Assembly: GCF_009914755.1 (NCBI RefSeq) | Contig: NC_060948.1 | Length of the DNA: 64,000 nucleotides | DNA from: the human T2T-CHM13v2.0 reference genome, Homo sapiens | Strand: one strand, 5' to 3' | In this document: positions 1 to 12,798 of the stretch, piece by piece | Layout of the letters: each line of letters begins with the position of its first letter | Position numbering within the stretch: position 1 is the first letter of the stretch | Program-made: the position numbers and the translations under genes | Notes under the pieces: model-generated | Seen by the model: only the letters and a program-made list of their open reading frames with translations | Database searches by the model: none | Told to the model about the DNA's origin: nothing

Positions 1-22
1 GACTGTCTCCAGGAAAAAAAAA

Positions 23-634
23 GTTTCTAAGTTTTTATCATTCAATCTTGGTACTTTATGTGTTTATATAAATTTATCAATTTCTTCTATGTTATTTAGT
101 TTATTGGCAAATAATTGCTCACTGCAGTCCCCTTTGATCCCTTTCATATCTCAGCCATTCATTGTGATGTCTCCTCTCTTATTTCTTACTTGAGCCTTTT
201 TTTTTCTTAGTGTGGCTAAGAATTAGTTTTATTTTTCAAAAAGTTAACAGTTTTATTGATTCTTTCTATTCTTCTATTCTCTGATTTCTGGGTAAACTTT
301 GTTATTTCAATTTATTATTGCTTCACTGCTAAGTTTGAACTTTGTTTTCTTCTGAATTACTCAGTATGTTGTATTTTCATTTTCATTTGTTTTGAGCTTT
401 TTTCCCCACTTTTCCTGTTATTGACTTTTTGTTTCTATAGTGATCAGAAAATATATCTCACTATGTTCTCAATCTTCCTAAATTTTAACTTGTCAAGTCT
501 TTTTTTTTTTAAAGTTTTCTGTGTAAATGTTGAACCCATTTTTGAGGGGTATTAAAGTCTACTGCTATTATTATCATTCTGTGCATTTTTTCTTCTGATC
601 TCTTATCACTTGCTTTATGTTTAGAAGTTCTACA
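23..634 (-). mobile_element. Old L1 (L1M-type) ORF2 fragment, degenerate
   Basis: T-rich antisense L1-like text such as ggggtattaaagtctactgctattatt and atttatcaatttcttctatgttatt; no intact ORF. Confidence 0.5.
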
Positions 635-800
635 CATACACACACCCCCCCACACATATATACATATGTATAAAGAAATATTTATATATGTAGATGCGTC
701 TATATATCTATATGTACAGACAAGGATATACACATAAATAAGGATGTGTAAATATATGTATGTAGATGCTAAATATAGATATATAGATACTTCTACATAC
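635..800. repeat. (CA)n/(TA)n-rich low-complexity tract
   Basis: acatacacacac...atatatacatatgtata...atatagatatatagatac. Confidence 0.7.
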
Positions 801-840
801 ATGAAGGTTTCTTTAGGCTGAACTTAAAAAACATCATGAA

Positions 841-1038
841 CAATCCTCCCACCACCTCCTCCTGAGTAGGTGAAATTAAAGAAATGCACCACAACGCCTG
901 CCTAATTTTTGTATTTTTTGGTAGAGATGGGGGTCTCACTGTTTCCCAGGCAGATCTTGAACTCCTGGACTCAAGTGATCCACCTGCCTGAACTTCCCAA
1001 AGTGTTGGGATTACAGGCATGAGCCATTGTGCCTGGCC
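841..1038 (-). mobile_element. Alu (AluJ-like), partial
   Basis: Antisense Alu text ending cccaaagtgttgggattacaggcatgagccattgtgcctggcc. Confidence 0.85.
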
Positions 1039-1203
1039 TAATTTTTTAAAAAAAACATATCACCAAATGGACAAGTTATCCCACTGTCAGATAACGTTAT
1101 CACATTGTCAGAAAATGAAGGAGAGGAAAAAGATAACGAAAGGAAAACAGAGCTCATCTGGGTAACAGGAAGTAGAAGATATTTGCTTATAAAAGGAGAA
1201 ACC

Positions 1204-1516
<313 letters not shown>

Positions 1517-1552
1517 TCAGATTCAGAGAAGTAAAATACCATATATCCTTAA

Positions 1553-2145
1553 CATTGCTGTCCTTGCCTTCCCCAGGGTGTTGCTGAAAATGTCAGACTC
1601 AAATTTGGATAGCAGCAAGAATTTCTCTGAGGGGGAAGTAGATGATAAGGAAAGTATGATTTTGACATTGGTGCCAGTTAAAGATGATCCAACTATGGAA
1701 CAAATGAAACCAAGTTGTTTCTTCAATTTCTGATGTCAAACTGGAGAAATTTAAGAAATACAATCAAGGTCATCTACTTCAAACAAATGAACAATTTACA
1801 GTGCCACAAAAAACTAGATGAAAAATACTAGCACTTCCCTTGCCATTTTGCCTCCCATTAATAAGGTGTGTTGGGACCCTTTGTGGGATTGCTGTCAACA
1901 ACTCAGTTTGAGTACTAAAGGCAAGAAAACAGAAGTTAGTCTGAGGCTCCATAGGCATGCTTACCCTGAACAACAGCAAGATATGCTTGAAATGTCACAA
2001 GACCAGATTACAGCAACGTTCGAGGAAACGCAAGGCAGTAACCGAGAGAGCACGGCTTCAGAAAAGTTATGAGGTGAATGAGAGAGCAGAAGAGAATAAT
2101 ACAGTTGAAGTGGTAACTTAAGCGCAGGGAGCCATATTGGCGTCA
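1553..2145 (+). pseudogene. DPPA2P1: DPPA2 processed pseudogene, 3'-truncated
   Basis: ATG at 1590 reads [39 protein letters not shown]. Later frames give [46 protein letters not shown] (SAP domain) and [32 protein letters not shown], colinear with recalled human DPPA2. Intronless, with frameshifts and stops. Symbol is recalled for the Y-linked copy. Confidence 0.88.
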
Positions 2146-2392
2146 AGTTTTGGCCAATAAAAGGTGGCCAACTGTTCAAATTGTGTTCAAATAAGGCAAA
2201 TGCTGAGCTGTGACCAATCCAGCTGTTTCTGTACCTCACTTCTGTTTTCTGTAAGTCACTTTCTTTTTCTGTCCATAAATCTTCTTCCACCACGTAGCTG
2301 CATTTGAGCATCAGAGCCTACACTGGCTAGGAAGACTGCTCTAAACTTTATGAATTTATTAATTGTTCTTTGCTCAGTTAATTGTTTTAAAC
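2146..2392 (+). mobile_element. ERV1 LTR fragment (MER51/MER57-like), 3' half
   Basis: ggtggccaactgttcaaattgtgttcaaataaggcaaatgctgagctgtgaccaatccagctgtttctgtacctcacttc resembles recalled MER51-type LTRs; CCAAT and cataaa motifs. Confidence 0.65.
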
Positions 2393-2399
2393 ACATAGG

Positions 2400-4410
2400 T
2401 AGGTACTTGTATTGCTCTTTTGTTGTTTTCTATTTTATCGTTCTTTTGACCCTCTTCTCTGGCTGTCTCTGTACTTGTTGATTTTTGGTGTGTATGTTTA
2501 GTGACATAAAGTTAATTCTTTTCCCTTTTTTCTTTCTGCATTTCCTATTGGTATTTTCTTTGTGGTTACTCTAGAAGCTTACATAAAACATCTTATATCT
2601 TAAGCTGATAACTGAACTATAATTGCATCAACACTTTTACCTTTCCTCTGCTTTTATTACATTTTACATTTTTATATGGTGTTCGTTCATTATTATGATT
2701 TATGTTAGAACATTATTATATATGCCTATATATTTACCTTTATCAAGGAGTTGTTTCAGTGTTGCTGTTTAGCTTCATTGGTTTCAACCTAATTCCCTTT
2801 AGCATTCCTTGTAAGGTAATTTCAGTGATGATGAATACCACCAACTTTTGTCTGAAACCTCTTCATTTCTCTTTTATTTCAGGACAGTTTTGCTGCGTTT
2901 CACATTATTGGTTGGCATTTTTCTCCCAACACTTTAAATAAATAATTCCACTATCTTCTGGCCTGCAAGGTTTCAGCTGACAATTCTATTGATAGTTGTA
3001 TGGAGATTTCCTGCATATGACAAATTGCATTTTTCTTGCTGCTTTCAAATTTCTATTTGGTTTGGACTTTTGACCATTTAATGATAATGTATCTTGGTGT
3101 AGACTTGTGGTTCACCTGATTTGGTATCTTTTGAGTATCATGAATCTTGGTCCATTTCTTTCCCCAGAATGAGGAGTTTTGAGCCATGATTCCTTCAAAT
3201 AAACTATCTTTTTTCTTTCTCCTTCCACGTAAAATTCTCATAATGTGCTATGTTGACTGGCAACGTAAGTGGTGTTCATGAGTCAGACACTTTCCTTAGT
3301 CTCTTCATTCTTTACTCCTTTTGCTCTTGGGTGGCTAATTTCAAATTTTATGTTTTAAGAGTTCACATTTCTTTCTTCTGTGTGATTAATTCTGTTGCCC
3401 ACTCTACTTAATTCTTAAAATTTCAGTTATCGTATTTTTCAGTTCCAGAATGTTTTTTTTTCCTCATAACCATCTTTGTGTCATTCTTTTTGTGTAACAC
3501 TTTCCTGATTTAATTATCTGTGTGTGTTCTCTTGTATCTCACTCAACTTTTTTACAATGACTATTTTTAATTGTCAGGCAACACATAGATCTCCATTTCT
3601 TTATTGTTGGTTGCTAGAGGTATGTTTTATTCTTTTTATTGTGTCTTATTTTTTGACTCTTCATGTTCTGTACAGCTTTGTGTTTGTGTGCATGCATTTG
3701 AAGAAACAGTTCTCTGTCTCGTTTTTTTTGACTGGCTTTCATTAGGAAATATATTTTTAAGTCCTCCCAATGAGAAGTTCTGGATCTTTCTCCCTATTTG
3801 CCCTGGGCATTCTTGTTTTGTTAGCTGTTTTCAAAAACCTGTAATATCTTCCTCTTAAAAACAATTGTGATTGCATTATACCTATCTGATGTGTGAAGTG
3901 AGACAGAAATTGAACTTTTAGTTGGCACAAAGGAATGCTTTGGGGGTATACACTGCTCCTTTCCCTTTCTGGGTAAGAACCCTCAGGCATGCATCACTTT
4001 CTAATTTTACATACTTATGCTAGCTGTAAAAATATGCCTCTCTCCTTAGCAGCCCTGGGCATCCATACTGTGTCAATTCTTTCAGTGCTCTCTGGGAGAT
4101 AAGACAGAAGCTAGAACCTCAAAAAGTGTACCGAAAGACCAAGGACACTGAATCTGCCACAAACTCTCTTTTCCTTCACCCATCTATTTTTGCTGTGAGC
4201 TGTCCTGAAACTTGGAAAACAAGCTAAACTAGGTAAAAGAATACTGTTCTTCCTATTCATTTCAGTGCAGCTGGTATCAGTTTGTGATTGTCCAGGGTAC
4301 TGCAAATGCTTAAAGGACTCTGAGCTTCTCAAAAAGGAATTTTGATAGTTTTAAATCTGTTTATGTGAGGGAAACAACATCTGAAACTTCCTATATTACT
4401 GTCTGGCTGA
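2400..4410 (-). mobile_element. Old L1M ORF1/5' region, degenerate
   Basis: Minus-strand translation 3053-3241 (LFEGIMAQN...STPRYIIIKWSKV) is L1 ORF1p-like. Confidence 0.65.
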
Positions 4411-4692
4411 TTTGACAATAATTTAAAATAAGGTATGTAAATAGTTTAACAAGCAATTACAAATCTCTTGAAATGAGTAATAAATTTCAGCAAAAAAATG
4501 AGTAATAAAAACACCTAATTTAACTACAGAAATAAAAAATACAGGAATTAGAATAAAAGTGTATTGGCTCAATAGTAGAATGTATAATACAGAGGAAAAA
4601 TTTCAGTGACAAAGACAGAACTTCCTGTTTATTCTAGCTGAACATGAAAGAGAAAATAAGCTGAAAAAAGTGAAGAGAGTTGTGGGACCTGT

Positions 4693-6172
4693 TGTTTCAG
4701 GAACCTTATGGTGTTGCTTTTCTGGCCAGAAACCTCTGTGGGTGGTGGTGCTTTTGCCCAAGTTTTGCTCAGGCCTGCTGGGCTTGCTCCACCCACTCAG
4801 CCTGGAAGGCTACACTTGGCTCACATTACTGGCATGGATCCCAGGCCTGCCAAGGGCCAGCCAGATGTGGAGCGGCAAGGGGTGTTTGACCAAGCCAGTG
4901 TGGCGACTGGCTACTGCACATAGTCAAGCATGCTGGCTGCTGCACAAGGATGGGCAGCTGTAGGTGCCGGCATAGGCACCAGCTCTCTGTGAGGGTGCAG
5001 TTGAAGCAGGCACACCACAAGCAACTTCCACAGCTGCAGTGACAACAGGAAGCTTGGAGACTCCCGAAACCACAAGGTCCTGAAGAGAGATTCACAACCC
5101 TGGCTCAAGGAGCTCCCAGGTCTGGACTCTCTGAAGGGCTACAGCTCTTCTCTCCTCTTCACTCACAAGGTAGTGAGCAATGGGCGTGTTAGCCCTGTTT
5201 GTTTTACAGCTTTCAGCCCCACCATCCAGCAGCTCCCAAGTTCTTCTCCTTTGGCAGGGAAGAATGAGGAACGTGGACAAATGGAAGGAGAACAAGACAA
5301 AGAGAAGCTTTATTGAGTGACAGAATAGCCCTGGATCAGGAAGCTCCTCTCTGGATGCAGGTCTTCTGGTCATCTCTGCAGCTCTCAGCAGAGATGAGGC
5401 CCTGGAGTGGGTAGCTCCTTTCTGCAGCTGGTCACCTGATGTCTGCTCAGCTCTGCCTGAACCCAGGGCTTTTATGGGCCGCAGAAGGGAGGAAGTGAAT
5501 GCCGACTGGTCCATGGGTGGCCATGGGGAGGCCTGGAAAAGGCACCACAAGTTCACATTGGGGTTTGCAGGACTGGCAGGCCAGTTCCCACCCTTCAGGT
5601 CCTCCCTGGCCTGAAGGTGGGGCCTCACCAGGGGCCCACCCCCTTGCACTCAGGAACATGTCTGCCTCCTGCTGCCTTTCATGGCACCCAGGATGTATAT
5701 ATCAAGGAACACCTGCAGGTCAGTGCAAGCTGCCCTCAGCCCCCCATCAGCTTCCCTCTTATGCTCATCAGTGCCCAAAGTTCAGAGTGGGCCAAGAAGG
5801 TGGAAGGCTGGCATGTCAGTGCTGCCTTGAGCATGAGCACAGCTGGCCGGGCTGACACAATGCCAAGTCTTGGCCCCAACCTTGCTCTGAGATCAGAATA
5901 GGCACTTGGGAGCTGGGAGAGGCCAGGCAGCAGGAGCAGACACCTCCAAGCCTGTGGGGGAGGGATCCTTCCTGGGCCCCTGAGAGTGCAGAGATGTCTG
6001 GCTCTGCAGCTGTGGGAAGGCTCAAGAGCACAGGGAGGCCCAGGTCCACAGCCATGACTTGGGTGGCTGCAGCTGCACTGGGAAACTCCCACCCCATCAA
6101 CTTGGAAGTGGGAGGGCGGCGCCCCCACTTGTCCTCAGCTCCCAGTGGCCCTGTGGAGTGTGCAGCTCAGGC
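4693..6172 (-). mobile_element. Long GC-rich solo ERV1 LTR (MER52-like)
   Basis: Terminus ggtgttgcttttctggccagaaacctctgtgg resembles a recalled MER52 end; minus-strand TATA-like cccataaaag near 5470 and AATAAA at 5314-5309; sharp GC rise against L1 flanks. Confidence 0.7.
5092..5532 (-). CDS. UTY: Candidate alternative terminal exon of UTY inside the LTR (146 aa, ASPWPPMDQS...ELLEPGL*)
   Basis: Minus-strand acceptor gtgccttttccag|GCC (AG at 5534-5533) is phase 0 in ORF 5649-5092 and matches the phase-0 donors of the UTY exons ending at 21722 and 30983. Splicing is inferred, not shown. Confidence 0.5.
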   Translation of the reverse strand, partial: ASPWPPMDQSAFTSSLLRPIKALGSGRAEQTSGDQLQKGATHSRASSLLRAAEMTRRPASREELPDPGLFCHSIKLLFVLFSFHLSTFLILPCQRRRTWELLDGGAESCKTNRANTPIAHYLVSEEERRAVALQRVQTWELLEPGL

Positions 6173-6179
6173 AGTAAGT

Positions 6180-7990
6180 AACTCAAACATCAACATTAAG
6201 ACATAAGTCAAACATCAACAAATTTAAAAGAACTGAAATAATACACAGTGTATTTTCTGAGCAAAGTCAAACCAAAGTGGAAATCGGTATTATACAAAAA
6301 TAAAGCCTCCCCACTCCCCACCACTTGGGAATTAAACAGTTCTAAATACATTGATCTAAGAGAAAATCCTAAAGGAAATTTTTAAAATACATAAAACTGA
6401 ATAAAAATTAAAATACAACATATCAAAATATGCAGGCTATTAGCTGTGAAAAGGGAGTTATTTCACTAAATGCGTGTATAGAAAGAGAGAATTATTATTA
6501 TTTGAGACAAGGTCCCACTCTGTTGCCTAGGCTGGAGGGCAGTGGCACAATCACAGCTCACTGCAGGCTCAAGGAAGCCTACTGCCTCAATTTCCTGAGA
6601 AGCTGCAACTATAGGCATACAACATCATGCCTGTCTAATGTTTTAGTTTTTTATAGAGTTGAGGTCTCATTATATTGTCCAGGCCAGTCCTGAACTCCTG
6701 GGCTCAAGCAATCCTGCTGCCTTGGACTCACAAAGTACTGGGTTTACAGGCATGAGGTATTGTGCCTGGTTGAAAACAGTTTAAATTAACTGAAGTAACT
6801 ATAAAAAGTAACTAAAGAATGAAGAGCAAAACAAACTCAAAAGGGGCTGTGGGTGAGAGGGGGAAGAAAAATCGATGAAATGTGGGGAAAAACAGTAGAA
6901 TAAATAAAAGAAAATTTTGCTTTAAAAAAACTTGTGAGTGAAATCACAAAATATCAATAAGGAATAAAATACATTACTGCAGATACTATACTACTGAAAT
7001 TATAATAAAAATACCATGGGGAATTCTGTAACTTAAAAGAAACAATTCTTCAAAACTCACAATCTGGCAAGTCAATCAAGATATAAGAGAAAATCTGAAT
7101 AGTCTGTGACAACTAAAGACAATGAATTTTTACTTTAAAAGTCCAAAAAAGAAGACCCAGAATAGTATGGCATCACTAGATAATTCGGCCAAGTATTTTA
7201 GGAATTAACATCAAGTTTACACAATGTCTTCAGAAACTGGGCAGAACACTTCTCAATTCAAAATAAGGCCTTTCTTACACTGACACAAAACTATAAAAAG
7301 ACAATATAAACACAGAAAACATCAAGAGTACTCAGGTACATAGGTATAATAATCAACGACATTTTCACAAGCTAAGCTCAGCAAATACAAAATTAAATAC
7401 GCATGCAACACAAACAGTTGGGATAAGGTTCATCTACGTAAAGCTACTTCAACATTGAAAATCAGTTAATGTAATCTAATAAAAAGAAAAGTCATATGGT
7501 TGTTATCAACAGATGCAGAAAAATGAGAGCACTTGAAAGTTTCAACACTCAATGGTAAAACCTGCTAGGAAACTAAGAATAGGATATTCTTAATAAAGAG
7601 CATTTCCTTATAAAACTACAGCTAATATCATACTGCTAAGAAATTTTTTTAAAAAAAAGATTGGATACAATAGAAAGCAAGAGTGTCCATTTTCATCATT
7701 CTTATTTAACACAATACTGGAAATTCCAACTGCTGTGATAAAGTAAGAAAAATAAACACATGAACAACATATAGAAAGGGAGGAAATAACACTTCTTTCT
7801 TGCAGACTGTACACATGGAAAATGTAAAACAATTTACAAAAATCTTTTTTGAACTAATGAATGAGTTCTGCATGATCAGAGGATATTAAATAAACAGAAA
7901 AAAGTCAATCATCATTCTGTAGACTAAAGATGAACATGTGGAGATGGAAATTAAAAACCCAATACCACTTACATCTCTCAAAAAGAAATG
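6180..7990 (+). mobile_element. Old L1M ORF2 fragment interrupted by an Alu
   Basis: A-rich L1 ORF2-like text (tatcaacagatgcagaaaaa, aagcaagagtgtccattttcatcattcttatttaacacaatactggaa). Confidence 0.7.
6495..6769 (-). mobile_element. Alu (AluJ-like)
   Basis: Diverged antisense Alu, gagacaaggtcccactctgttgcctaggctggag. Confidence 0.85.
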
Positions 7991-10900
7991 AAGAAGCCTT
8001 CATGATGGCCGACTAGGGGCATTTGCTTTCTCCAATAAGAGAACCAAAGTGAGTAATCATGCATGAACTAGATCATCCAAGAGAGAGCACTGGAAAAGAG
8101 GTGATACCTAAAGCAAACAAGAATTAGGTGAGGCAGCCTGCTTGGCCAGGATGGGCTGGGTGCTGAGAGACTTTCCAACAAGGTCAGGGGTCAGTGATCT
8201 CCAGGGATCCATGTTCATACCAGGTATCTCTGTAATTCTAGCCACTGGAGAGCTAACCCCACTCAGTGGGCCCTGAAACTAACATAGGGAGCTGCAGAGA
8301 GATAGTAGGATGGTACTGCCTTTAAGCATATAGCCTGTGCAGCATCCCTCACATTCCTTGAGACCTAAGCAGTTACAGCAAGGCACACTCTTTGGAACAT
8401 CATCCCAAACAGACCAGGGACCATCTTTGAAGCCCACAGGAATCAGGGCTGAGGTGCAAGGAATGCATGTGCTGCTGACTCTGGAATTTAGGTATAACCA
8501 ACCATGGGCTACCTGGGACAAAGGTATGTCCGAGATGCAAAGAAAGTGCCATTCTAGAGCCATGCCCCCAACAGACTCCCTACTGTTCTGGAGCCCAGCA
8601 GTGCTGGGGCTGAGGTGCAACAGAAAAGACGGCTGCTGTCCCCAAGACGTAGTTGTGAGCACTACCAGAGCTGAGGCATGAGTAGCACATGTGCTCCCAA
8701 CATGTGAGCCAAAGCTGCTATCACTGAAACCAGTATTGCCTGCCTAGTGGCAGGGCAATGGCATGAATGCTGCCACCATTCACCTAAGCATTCTGCCAGT
8801 GGCCTGAGAATCCCTCTAACCCCTGCTTTCCAGGCCCAGCACATGTACACACTATCAGTCCTCAGGAAAACCCAGCCTGAGCAGGTTTAATCCCCTACCT
8901 ATGCCCGAGGAAAGTCTGGATCTTGGGTGTGACCCAGCTCAGTCCACCAATGTTGACCCCTGAACACTCCTTGTGGGGGACTCAGGCTGGGTCTTATCCA
9001 CCTGGTTGCTATAACCACAGCTGATACCTATATGTGTGTATCAGATGTAGGCCTGGAGACTGGCCTCATGAGCTCACTGCAGCCTGATACACACTGCTTG
9101 AGGCATCCTTCCACTGTCACTGCCAGCGCCATCATCCATGCCACATCAGGTGTCCAGAGGCCCAAGAACCTACCTACATGCCAAGCTCACAGCTGCCACT
9201 ATCAGCATCAGAATAAGTCACCTGGGGGCCCAAGCACTGGCCTCCTTGGACACACTAACACTGGTGCCACTGCAGGTCACACTGAAGCCCAAAGAGACAA
9301 TTGTTGAGTGCACTGCTGCCACCACTAGGGCCTAAAGATGGGCCAGTCTGGCATCCCAGTCCCAGGTAAAACTGCACTACAGCCTCCAATACTAACTGCA
9401 CCCGCAGAGCCAGTGAAAAAGTCTCAGATACCACTGATGCTCTTTACAATCAAAGAAATCATACAGAGACTATCCTACTGCATGAACCCAGAATCAAAGC
9501 CAAAGTGCCTTACCCAACCAATGCCACAGATTCATCCTCAGAAATATGTCCTTCTCTATGAAAGGGAATTAAGAAAATTGGAAGTGATTGATACACCAGT
9601 TATGCAGATATCAATGAAAAGACACATGAGAAAGCAAGTTAATATGACATTTCCAAAGGACATAATAATTCTCCAGGAATAGATCCAAATAAAAAATATA
9701 TACACAAAACGGCAGAACAAGACGGTAGTAATTGTAAAGAAGCTCAGAAAGAAGAACATTTTAAAACACATGTTTAAAAAATCAAAATCAAAAACAAGTC
9801 AGTTCATGAATGAGAAGTATACCAAAAAGACACGTCATTAAAAAGAACTAAATCAATTCTGGAACTGAAGAATTCTTTGAATGAAGTACACACTAGGTTT
9901 GGAAGCAGCAAGAATTGGCTAGATCAAACAGAAGAAAAAAAAACCTCAGAACTTGAAAACAAGTCTTTTGGAATCAGCAAACCAGGCAAACATTTTTAAA
10001 AGAATGAAAAAGAATTACAAAATCTTTACAATATATAGGACACCACAAAGTGACCAAATAAATAAATTACTGGTATCTCGGCATATGAAAAGATAACAAA
10101 AGGTTCACAACCTGTTTAGCAAAATAATAAATGAAACTTCCCAAGTCTAGCAAGAGATTTACATATCCAGATACAGGAGATCCCACGATCCCCTCAGATG
10201 CGACACAAAAAAAATCTTCTCCATGGCACATTATAGTGAAACTGTCTAAAGTCAATTACAAAGAGAAAATTCTAAGAACATCAAGAGAAAAGTGTCTCGT
10301 TATCAATAAAAGAAATCCCAGTAGACGAACAGACTGCTCAGCAGAAACCTTGCAGGAAAGGTTAGAATAAGACGATATAACCAAAGTAATGAAAGAAAAC
10401 ACCTGTCAGCCCAGAATGCTATATCCAGTTCAATTTTCCTTCATAAATGCAGGAGAAATAAAGTCTTCCCCAGATAAGCAAACACTGAGGGAATTCATCA
10501 CCACTAGATGAATCCTACCAGAATTGCTCAAGGGAGTTCTAAATCTGAAAATGAAAGAACAATATTTGTCATCATAAAAACACATCAAGGTATAAAACTC
10601 AATTATAAGAAAACATACAAATAGGAAAGGACTCAAATGGTACCACTACAGATAACTGCCAAATCACAATAGCAATAAGAGAAAAGGAAAGAAATAGGAA
10701 TACACAAAATCAAAAAACAACAGTATGACAGGTACAGAACCTCACATACCAACATATCAATAACCTTAAATATAAGTGGACTAAATTCCACACTTTATAA
10801 AATATATAGACTCTATGGATTAAAAAATATCATCCACTTATATGCTCTCTACAGGAAACTCACTATACCTGAAAAGTCAGCACACAGACTGAAAGTAACG

Positions 10901-11423
10901 GAGGGAAAATAGCATATGCAAGCCAGAAGTAAGCAGGAGTAGCCATACTTTAAGCCACAGGCAGGTAAAAAAAAAAAAAGACAAAGAAGGTCATTACATA
11001 CATTATATAATGATAAAGGAATCAATCCAGCAAGAAGAAATAACAGTTCCATATACATGCAACCAGTACTGGAACACCCAGGTTCATAAAGCAAATATTA
11101 ATTGATCTAAGGAGAGATATTTCAATGCAAGAACAGTGGGCAACTTCAATCCCCACTTGCATTAGACCAGTCATCCAGACAGAAAATCAACAATAAAACA
11201 CTGGACTTAAGAACAGACATTGGACTAAAAGTACCTAACAGAAACCTACAGAATGGTTTACCCCAAAATTGCAGAGAGCATACTCTTTTCTCATCAGCAC
11301 ATGAAAGATCCTCTAGGACAGACCATGCTGAGCCACAAAACACTTCTGAAAAAATTTTAGAGAGCCAAAATCACATCAAGTATATTCTAGGACCACAGTG
11401 GAATAGAACAAGAAATTAAGATT

Positions 11424-11702
11424 GAGCTCAGTGGCTCATGCCTGTAATCTCAATACTTTGGGAGTCCAAGGCAGGAGGACTGTGTAAGCTCCGGAGTTCG
11501 AGACCAGTATGAGCAACATAGCTAGACCTTGTCTCTATTAAAAATTTAAATCAGCTGGGCATGGTGACTTGTGCCTATAGTCACAGCTGCTCAGGGAGCT
11601 GAGGTGGGAGGATTGCTTGAGACCAGTGGTCAAGGCTGCAGTGAGCCATGAATAACCCACTGCAGTCCAGAGCAAGACACTGTCTCAAAAAAAAAAAAAA
11701 AA
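11424..11702 (+). mobile_element. Alu (AluJ-like)
   Basis: cagtggctcatgcctgtaatctc... with poly(A) tail. Confidence 0.85.
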
Positions 11703-11723
11703 TTAACATTAAAAAATTAAAAA

Positions 11724-11813
11724 GGCTGGGCATGGTGGGTCACATCTGTAAAGCTGGCACTTTGGGAAGCTGAAGTGAGATAATCGCTTGAGCCCAGGAG
11801 TTCAAGACCAGCC
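11724..11813 (+). mobile_element. Alu left-monomer fragment (FLAM/AluJ-like)
   Basis: ggctgggcatggtgggtcacatctgtaa...ggagttcaagaccagcc. Confidence 0.75.
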
Positions 11814-12502
11814 TCATAAGTGAGACGCTAACTCAATTTAAAAAACTGAAAACAAAAAACCATAAAACCACACAATAGCAACAAGAAAACCCCCACAAAA
11901 AACTAGAAATTAATAGCAATAGGAACTGTGGAAACTATACATACATGGCAATTAAATAACATTCTCTTTAACAACAACCACTGGTCAATGAAGAAATAAA
12001 GATTAAAATGAAAAAAATTTAAATGAATGAAAATGGAAACAACACACCAAAATATATATATATAACAAAGGCAAGTAAAAAAGAGAAATGTGTAACAATA
12101 AGTGCTTACATCAAAATAGTACAAAGATCTCAACTATGCAATCGAATGATGCACTTATTAGAAAAACAAGAATCAACCAACCCAAAAATAGCAGAAGAAA
12201 AGAAATAAAGGTGACAGCAAAACTAACAGAAAAAGAGACTAAAAAAGAATACAAAGGATCAATCAACACAAAGTTCGTTCTTGAAAAGACAAAACTGATA
12301 AACCACTAGCTAAGCTAACCAAGGAAAGAAGCAAGAAGACCAAATAAAATTAGAAGTAAAAAAGGAAACATTACATCTGATACTAGAGAAATAGAAAAGA
12401 TCATGAGACATTATTATGAACAAGTATAAACTAATTGCAAAAACTTAGAAGTAATGGATGGATTTCTGGAAACATATAAACTAGCTAGGATGAATCAAGA
12501 AT

Positions 12503-12798
12503 AGCGGGGCATGGTGACTCATGCTTGTAAATCCCAGTACTTTGGGAGGCTGAGGCAGGTGGATCATGAGGTCAGGAGTTCAAGATCAGCCTGGCCAAGA
12601 CGGTGAAACCCTGTTTCTACTAAACACACAAAAATTAGCTGGGCATCTGTAACCCAGCTACTAGGGAGACAGAGGAAGGGAACTGCTTGAACCTGCGAGG
12701 CGGAGGTTGCAGTGAGCTGAGATCGTGACACTGTACTCCAGCCTGGGTGACAGAGTGAGATTCCATGTCAAAACAAAAACAAAAACAAAAACAAAAAA
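12503..12798 (+). mobile_element. Alu (AluS-like) with (CAAAAA)n tail
   Basis: Dimeric Alu; aatcaagaata flanks both sides. Confidence 0.9.

Noticed and set aside
4670-6206. Cluster of overlapping ORFs suggesting a gene-dense island
   Set aside because: High GC content of the LTR lowers stop frequency; only the frame with a phase-compatible acceptor was kept as a candidate
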